From: Lama glama | Taxonomy: Eukaryota | Length of the DNA: 64,000 nt | Direction of reading: 5' to 3' | Assembly: GCA_028534125.1 (NCBI GenBank) | Contig: CM052817.1 | Coordinates: forward strand, 88,228,001 to 88,292,000 | In this document: piece after piece, positions 56,059 through 64,000 of the stretch | How the letters are laid out: every line of letters starts with the position of its first letter | How positions within the stretch are numbered: the stretch's first letter is position 1 | Notes under the pieces: generated by a model | Seen by the model: the letters and a program-made list of their open reading frames with translations, nothing else | Told to the model about the DNA's origin: nothing | Database searches by the model: none | Made by a program: the position numbers and the translations under genes

Positions 56059-56608
56059 TGTTACCCCCCAAAAAAGGGAAAAGACCCCAGTCCTTGTCTC
56101 GCCCAAAGGCAAGATTACAGACGGGAGACAGAGTGCATTGTGTAGAGAAAGATTTTGAAGGATTTATTTAGGAAAAGAAAAGTACACCTCCAAGAATGGG
56201 AGGCAGGTTAATCCAACAGGGAAGAAGCAGTGGTCTTTGTCTGCCCTTTCTCTTATACCCTTGCTTAGAGGTGTCTTTTGATTGATTGATGGCTCTTGCC
56301 CTTGGAATGCCTAGTCATGTTTGTTTCCTTTGCACATACCCTTACCCATGATATACACAGAAAAACCTATGGCGAGGGGGCCTAAATTGCAATGTTAATT
56401 ATATTACAATGAGCATTGGATCATGTCCAGTTAAATCCTTTCTGCTACCACGCAGTTGCGGCTGTCGGGTTCTAACCGGTTTCTTGCTGGCACTCATTTA
56501 GAAGTAAAGTCCCTTTATGCTGGAGATGGGCGCTGTGCCATCTTCCAGATCATCCTCCCTCTCCTCCACCTCTCTGCCCTGAGCCCCCGCTTTTCTAACT
56601 ACCTAACA
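56059..56608 (-). mobile_element. ERV1-type solo LTR
   Basis: tgttacccc...ctaactacctaaca (TG..CA), minus-strand AATAAA (~56163) and TATA-like cttata (~56252). Confidence 0.75.
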
Positions 56609-57785
56609 AAACCATGCTTGCCACAACTGCATACATGAGGACAAGCTCCTGATACCCATAAGGCAATGCCCGTCTCACACATCATTTTAGCTCTTTCTGT
56701 TGTCACCACAACAACCCCTAAGTAAGTGACTGCAATTGGGAATGAAGCGAGTAAATGCACATACTCCTCTGTCTTCTGTTGTCCCCACACAACCTGTTGC
56801 GTAGAATTCAACACATGCAATACCCACAACCAGTGTAAGAAGATATATCCAGACTATTTTAGAAGAGTCAGAGTAAAGAAGCAAATTTAATTGCTGACTT
56901 TCGTTATCACAGTACTTAAAATTGCATGGAAAATAATAATAATCAATCTAATGAGTCTATGACACTTCCCTTCATTATTATTAGAGAAGTAAAATTCTGC
57001 TGTCTCTTTCATTAAAAAATAGGATTTTAACACTATAAGTAATGATATTAACCATTTTATATTAATAAGTTCGTAATTTTAATAATAGCCACTCATAGTC
57101 ATAACATTTCTTAAATCAGATAACTGACAATACTTTGCACAAAGAAAAATAAAATCCTAAGAAGTTATGTCTCTACATATGAACAGCTAAGTGGAAAATC
57201 TCAGATGATCTCTGGAATATTTCTGATATATTTTTAAATCTACATGCTCTTTATTGGTTGAGTCTTTTGCTATAATGAACTAAACTAATGAGCATTTAAG
57301 TTTATCTTATGTGAAACTCACATTGTGTGAATAAATATATAAATTATAGCCCAGCCATACAGGTATAAGCCAGAGATATTTTGATTATCTGGCTGGAGCT
57401 ATAAAAATTCAAGATTACAAAAATGTCACTAAGTAGAGAAGCAAGAAAAATACTTTCATCTATGTTTCCTTCAACTATTCATGAGTTTCTTCAAGTGGAT
57501 TCTGGAGGAAAGACTCATAATTTTACTTGAGGACACAAAGCCTTAGTCAGTATATTATACTTCTAGTTCAAAGCATGCAAGAAAACCAAACCTGCAAAGC
57601 AAAGTTATTTGATGTTGCTTTGTGTTAGAATCCGGGGAAAATAACTGCTTTGATCAATTTGCTGCCTTGAAAATGTCCTCTAGTCCAACTGCTCAAGAGC
57701 AGTCTTTGATAATGATGGCATAGTATAGGTGCCCATCCTCAGCTGAATTTGGTAGGTTTTGAGAACGGAAAGCAAGACCAAATTC

Positions 57786-57830
57786 ATATATATATATATA
57801 TATTTATATATATGTATATACACACATACA
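57786..57830 (+). repeat. (TA)n/(CA)n simple repeat
   Basis: Direct tandem repeat. Confidence 0.85.
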
Positions 57831-58309
57831 CTGTATTGATTTCTATCTCAAATGAGGAAAATTTCTTTTTAGTTCCATGACCCCTAATTAAAAATAATCA
57901 AAATGTATTTTCTCAGATTACAGAAAAGAAATACTATGTGAAAGCAAATATAAATATTTAAAAATGTAAAATACATTTCCAACAGGTGAAAAAAAAAGTG
58001 GCCTGAAGCTACCTGCCTTCATTATATCTCATACATTTAGAAAGAAATGTTTATGTCAAATGAAATAATGAAGTAGTTCTCTGAAAGCTTCCTTACAACT
58101 AAGATGTCCTACCTCTTTTATAATCATTGAAGAACAAGCACAAGGATTCAAAAGCAAACTTTTGAGCTGATACATATGTATGCCACTTATCTCTGCATCT
58201 AATTAGTTAAGATTATTTTTTAGAAAGCAGAAAATATGGTATTTCCCATCTGGGAAGGATGGGACAATTACTCTGTGTTATGGATATTATTTATTATGTG
58301 TCCATTCCA

Positions 58310-58490
58310 TTTTCATACTTTTCTTAAAAATACTTTTAAGTGATCCTCAAATAAGTTGTTAAGTAGATATTATTGTTCTAATTTCACAAATAACATAATG
58401 ATTTTCAGAGGACCGTCACAAAGTTAGCAAGGGACTTTGCTGAAATGTGAACCTTGATCTATTTAACACAAAGCATATTCTCTAATGGTA
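58310..58490 (-). mobile_element. MIR SINE
   Basis: tgatcctcaaataag...aagtagatattattgttctaatttcacaaat. Confidence 0.65.
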
Positions 58491-60705
58491 TAACACATTA
58501 TTACTCATGGGCAACTCTTCCCCACAAAATAGACCTCATGATGTAGAAAACTGTATACTGCTTGGAAGTAACATCAGCAACTATGTGTTATTTATACTAT
58601 GAGTTTTATGTAATGAAATTATCTGCAGTCATCACACCCAATTCTAGAGACACTTCTGCAATAACATTAGGAATAAGAAACTATTTTGACTGAAGTTTTG
58701 AACGCAAAACACAAAACAATATGTTCCCCATAATTTGCTGAATATATGTAAACATCGATGCCCGAACACACAGGACTTTTCCCTGTTTTTTGTTCTGCTT
58801 TTGTAGATATTAACCAAGATCTAGATAAGTATACATTTGTGAAAATCAGAGATTCAAATTCTTTGTACACAATGTAGAACAAATTTTCATAACAATAATG
58901 TTTTCAAACAATTCAGTATGATTGTTAGGAAAAATCTGATTCTTTACTGTCTATGAAATTGTGTTTTTAGTACAGAAGCAAAATGCAATCTTTTAAACCC
59001 TCTGATGTTACTAAAATGCAAGTCAATTACTACTATGCCTTCTTAAAATACCTTCTTATTTCATGCTAATAAAACCCAGTTATTCACTACATTTGAAAAG
59101 ACAAAGTGTGTTTGAAAAGTAAAAATGCAAATATCTTCATTTCAAAACCTGTTCAAAATGAAACACGGAGTAATGTTTAATTAATATCCATCAAATGCAA
59201 TTTTACATCTTTGTTCAACATAGACTATTAACTATCTTTGTCTATGTAAGAGAGTTTTTTAGCATATTAAAAAAATAAAATATGGAAAAGATGCCATGGA
59301 TATTTGCCACCAATTCCCTACAATGTCAGTTGCAAAATATTCTACTGATGATAATCACATTTCTAGTGACAGATCTTTTGAAATTGGTGCATCAGTTCAT
59401 ATTCATCCTATCTGTCTTCTCTTAAGATCATTAAAACCATTGGTATTATATAAACTCTATTAAAAATTGACTAAATGACAAATTCTTTGAATAAACCTCA
59501 AAGATCTTTGGAAAACTTTATATGCTTAAAGTCATTACTGAAATATTTTTATAAACAACACTCCTTGATGTTTTCCTCTTACACTTTTTACTGTAAAATA
59601 TACATTGCTCTATCCTATGTTCAATTGCATGGCTCTCAAATAAACCACAACCATCTTTAGTCATCCTAAATTAATATTGCCTCAAGCTATATCACCCTGT
59701 TATTCACTGAGGCTCATCTCCTGTACTTTAATGAAGTAGACTGAGGAAGCACATTAAAAAAGTTGCAAAGAACATAGTGGGAGAACCATGACTTTAGACA
59801 GACAGTAGATTTTCCTATTGGAAAATACCAGAAAAACTTTTGATGGAAAGAAAATTAGAAGATTCAAAATGATCTGATTCAATATGTAATTGGATTTGAA
59901 CAACAATGTAGAATTTAAAAAAAGCTATATTTTCATGGATATTTTCTTCTTTGTTATAATTAATATATTATTGACTTAAAGTTTATTTTTGGACTCAGTT
60001 CACACCAATCATATATACTTGTCTTATTCATTGACTTTTTTATTCTAGATTACTCTGAATCTAGTGAGGAAACGTACAAAATTTAGCAGAGAATTACTGT
60101 GTATATGAAAACCAGTGCATTCCATTTACTGGTCTAAAGAGAATTTTGAGAGATCACACAACTTACACAAAGGTGCATTGCTTACTTACAGATATATTTT
60201 GAGTTACTTTCTAGGAATATTAAAAAATCATTAATGATTCAAATAAAGTATAATTTTAATAAGGTGCAACTCATATTTCAACAAAGTGAAATTCTATCAG
60301 ATAAATGCTAAGTTTAGGCTTCAGGAGCTCTAATTTCGAACGCATTGTCTTGCACTCTAAAGTAGACACAAAGTAATCTTACTCTCCAAGATCTCAATTT
60401 ACAAGAATTTAAGTCAAAGATTTAGGTTAAGATTTGCAGTTTGAAAATATATTCAAAACTGCTGTAACCCCCTGAAGTACCCTCTTCCTTCATCTATGAT
60501 CCTCAAGTAACTCTTCCCCAAGTCTGACCCTCTCCTTTTTATAAAGCAACTTTTATGAATGCAAGGTGAGCTTTGAGATTACCATCTTTTCTAGCCATTT
60601 TCCTGCTAATGCACATAAACCTCTGCATTTGTGCCCTATATTTGCACCAATCCCTCCTTTAATTATCTTACAAGAAATACAACTTCAGGCTAAAATAGTG
60701 TGTGT

Positions 60706-61250
60706 GTTCTTTCAGGCCCAACCGCAGGCAATTCCAAGCCTGTACCTGGCAGGCCCCATGGCAGAAGTCTGCCATTCCTGTATCAGATGCCATGCACAGC
60801 TGGTGCATACTAGTTTTCCAAGGAGAATTTCTGACATGGATCAGGCAGGCCCTGGGGCCAGCCTGCTCGTGCACAGACCTACAGTCCTAGCCCCGCTGCC
60901 TCCATTCCGAGACCTTCTAGCAGGGCCCGAGGCACTTTTCTGGCTCTGGCTCAGTCCTACCACTCCTAGCCCTTCCACGTATCCTGCTCCCTGGCCCCCA
61001 GGTCCTCAAAAAGGCAGGAGCCTTTTTTTCTGGGGCTCCCAGGGACCGAGAGTTCTGCCTGTCCCATGATGTCTGACCCTCATTTTGTGTCATAATGTGG
61101 AGAAAAGCAGAAAAATGTGTTGCTGGTGCCATTTACTTTGCCGCTTACCTGCACTAGCGTGGGAAGTGTGCAAAGGCTTGATTGTTCTTTCAGTTTGGCT
61201 CATTGTCCAAATCGACCACGTTGACTCCCGGAAGCTCAACACAACTTAAG
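60706..61250 (+). mobile_element. MER74-like ERVL solo LTR
   Basis: GC-rich island ending ggcttgattgttctttcagtttggctcattgtc...gaccacgttgactcccggaagctca, as I recall for the MER74/MER54 group. Confidence 0.6.
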
Positions 61251-61904
61251 TGTGAGTGTGTGTGTGCACAAGCCATTGCATCTCATTCATAAACAACTTT
61301 ATGAAAGAAACATTATTATTGTCCTATGATATATAAAGAAATCCCAGCAGAGAGAGAATGCTTTCCACATGTTCACATACTGATTAACTGGAGAAGTTAA
61401 ATTTTATTTGATGTCTTTCTTTAGGCATTGGTTTTCCTCTTCATAGTACTTCACAAATTATTTACTTATTTATTTTAAATATGTTGATGTTATTGATGTA
61501 AAGTTTCCATGATCCTTTAAATTCCTAATACTACTTCTTAGAGGCAGTTACAACTAATACTATTTTTTGTGTCATTATAAATATATATGTATATATACAC
61601 ACACACGCAGATAGTATACACATATGTGTAATATATATACCTCTTTTGTAAAATCCTTTTGCAATTTGCTTTTTAATTTTTGATGGGCATAACCATCTAT
61701 ATTTATATGCACATTTACCTAAGTCTTTTTAATGAATTGTCAGCAATGCTTTGCATAAATATATCACACTATAACCATCTGTTTTTATCACTATATAAGT
61801 GTTGTTTTGGGGTGGTTTTTTTTTTTTTGCCTTTTTTACCTACAAGGTTTTGCTACACAAAAGATACTAAATTAATAATATTTAGGCATATATATTTATG
61901 CCTT

Positions 61905-62336
61905 ATTATAGGTTGAATTGTGTCCCTCCCTCCCCAATCCGTATGTTGAAGCCCTAACCCTCCATACCTCAGACGTGACCTTATTTGGATATAAGATTGA
62001 ACCTAATGGAGGTATGCAAGTTAGAGTGAGGTGATTAGGGTGAGCCCTAGTCCATTATGACTGGTGTTCTTAGAAAAAGAGGAATTTGGACACAAACATG
62101 TGCTCAGAGGCAAGAGGATGTAAAGAACACGAAGAGACAACGAGGAGAAAATGGTCATCTACAGGCTCAGGAGGGAGGCCTGGAACATGCTCATTCATCA
62201 CAGCCCTCAGAAGGAAACAAACCTGCAGACACCTTGATCTAACCGACTTCTAGCCCCCAGAACTGTGAGACGATACATTTCTGGTTTTTAAGCCACTCTG
62301 TGTACTTTTTTCCAGCAGCCCTGGCAAACCAATACA
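61905..62336 (+). mobile_element. MLT1B-like MaLR solo LTR inserted in an old minus-strand L1
   Basis: ttataggttgaattgtgtcc...tatgttgaagccctaacc...gtgaccttatttgga...ccagaactgtgagac...gcagccctggcaaaccaataca. Confidence 0.88.
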
Positions 62337-62891
62337 TATGTTCTTTCAAGTAATTTTTTTGAGTCAAGTCATAAATTTCTTACTAATTATATTATATAAT
62401 GCCAAGTTGTTCTCTGAAAGTTTTATGCCAATTTATATTTTCTATCACAGTTTTTGTGTGTATGTGTATTTATAAATGAAATTTAATTATCCTGTGTGGG
62501 GTGCTGTTACACATTATTAAATATTAAAGGGTTATCAGAGTCCAACTAAAAACAGGAAAGAATAAATTAAATATGTTTAAAGAAAGAGTTAAATAGTTTA
62601 GGCGGTATTAAATGAATATTCCATTGAGAACAGCCACATATAAAAGTTATTTTCAGCTCTGTCATTGCACCTCATTCAGTCTTATGCATATCTAATCTGT
62701 ACCATACAGAACAAGTAACATGAGCATTTTTCCCCCTGTGGTCTGTGAGTGACAAAAAAACAGAAGTTCTCCCCAAAAGTTCTCCTCATACAATCTATAA
62801 AACACATGCCAGCCTGCTAAAGCACTGGCTGCTGAAAAGTACCAGTGACTTTTACTATTTGAGTCATGTCTTCTCTAACAATGCTAGTCTT

Positions 62892-63038
62892 TGGGTTGTT
62901 TTTAAATTTTTCTGGAGGGGGGCGGTGAGAGGCAATTAGGTTTGTTTGTTTTAATGGAGGTACAGGGATGGAACCCTGGACCCTGTGTATGCTAAGCATG
63001 CACTCTACCACTGGATTATACCTACCCCACCCCCCACC
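62892..63038 (-). mobile_element. tRNA-derived SINE (camelid type) with perfect 14-bp TSD
   Basis: Minus strand ggtataatccagtggtagagtgcatgcttagcatacacagggtccagggttccatccc (Pol III A/B boxes); TSD acaatgctagtctt at 62878-62891 and 63039-63052. Confidence 0.9.
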
Positions 63039-64000
63039 ACAATGCTAGTCTTGCAGAAGAAATGTCTGTTTTGTTTTCTATAATAGTTTTAAGATTGGAA
63101 AACTATTTAAAAGTAATTCTTTCGTAATTTCTACATATGGAAAATATTGTCTGTTTCTTTCACCAGATAGCAATTTGTGTATAGGGGGTGACAATATGCC
63201 TCTGGAACACATTGCTAACATTTAATTTGTGAGTTTTAATGGTATGGAAGGATCTGAATCAGGATATGGAATTTGTTGAATGCAATCTGATGACAGATTA
63301 TGGAACAAATTTTAAAATAGTCTTTCATCTTGATCTAGCATATAGTTGGCGCCTGGCATAAAGTTGGCTCAAGAATATTGAATGAATGGATGACTGTATT
63401 TGTGTTTAAAGACACTTGAGAAAACCAACTCAGAGCTCTCCTAGCTCACTAAGCCGTAAACTTGATTCAGGGACATCAAAATATTCTGACCTTGAAACTA
63501 TAGAGAAAAAAGAAAAACAGACTTCTTTTTTTTTCCCAAGGATTTACAAGTGTTTATAGATTCACTCTTGACAGGTACACTGCAATCTTTCCTCACTGAT
63601 AAAGGACCCTGAGATCAATGAAGTCACAAGTTTGAGAGGCTTGTAAAGCTTTCCAGTTGAAATAAAGTCATTTTTCAAAAGATTTCCATGATATTTTTAA
63701 CTGGATCCTGTTGAATGTTATGTGACTTTCTTTTAAGTCAGACTTAGGATAACTCTAAGTTATCCATTTTCTGCCCTTTTGGTGTCTCTCATTTTAAAGA
63801 GGAAGCTGAAGATGATTTATACCCATCAGCATGTCATACTTTCTCTGTAATTTTTAAGTAAATTTATGAGAATTTATGAAAATTCTAGAACTCTTCCTGA
63901 TTCCTCTTAAATCCACTGAGTTTTTACCTTGTTTTCTCTTCCAGGAGAATAAAAACACATGAACACCTGCTTTTTTAATGTATCTTATTTATGCTATGCA

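Noticed and set aside
60566..61069. 167-aa ORF
   Set aside because: GTG start, overlaps a GC-rich ERVL LTR, and shows no recognisable protein features.
62950..63030. tRNA gene
   Set aside because: It is the tRNA-like head of a SINE, with tail and 14-bp TSD, and carries degenerate stems.
63905..63960. Terminal exon (polypyrimidine tract + CAG followed by AATAAA)
   Set aside because: Isolated acceptor-like motif at the window edge with no supporting ORF or partner exon.

Overview
AT-rich, repeat-dense mammalian non-coding DNA, probably camelid, judging from the tRNA-derived SINE at 62.9 kb and the L1 3' ends. It looks like a gene desert or a very large intron, and I can support no intact protein-coding gene. 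Most of the window is fossil retroelements: a class III (ERV-L/ERV-S-like) provirus relic at 1-3.8 kb, a twin-primed L1, a two-LTR MaLR element, several solo LTRs, L2, MIR, MER20 and MER58. The standout is a ~470-bp GC/CpG-rich insert at 39458-39923. It joins back-to-back an intronless 58-codon fragment of a ferlin (FER1L6, minus strand, absent from the ORF track) and the 5' UTR plus first five codons of APOO/MIC26 (plus strand). It has no poly(A) tail and no clear TSD. The geometry suggests two different cellular mRNAs were reverse-transcribed from the two ends of one DNA break, importing a GC-box CpG element and splice donors into an AT-rich region. Gene and repeat-family names come from recognition without database search, and repeat boundaries without TSDs are approximate.
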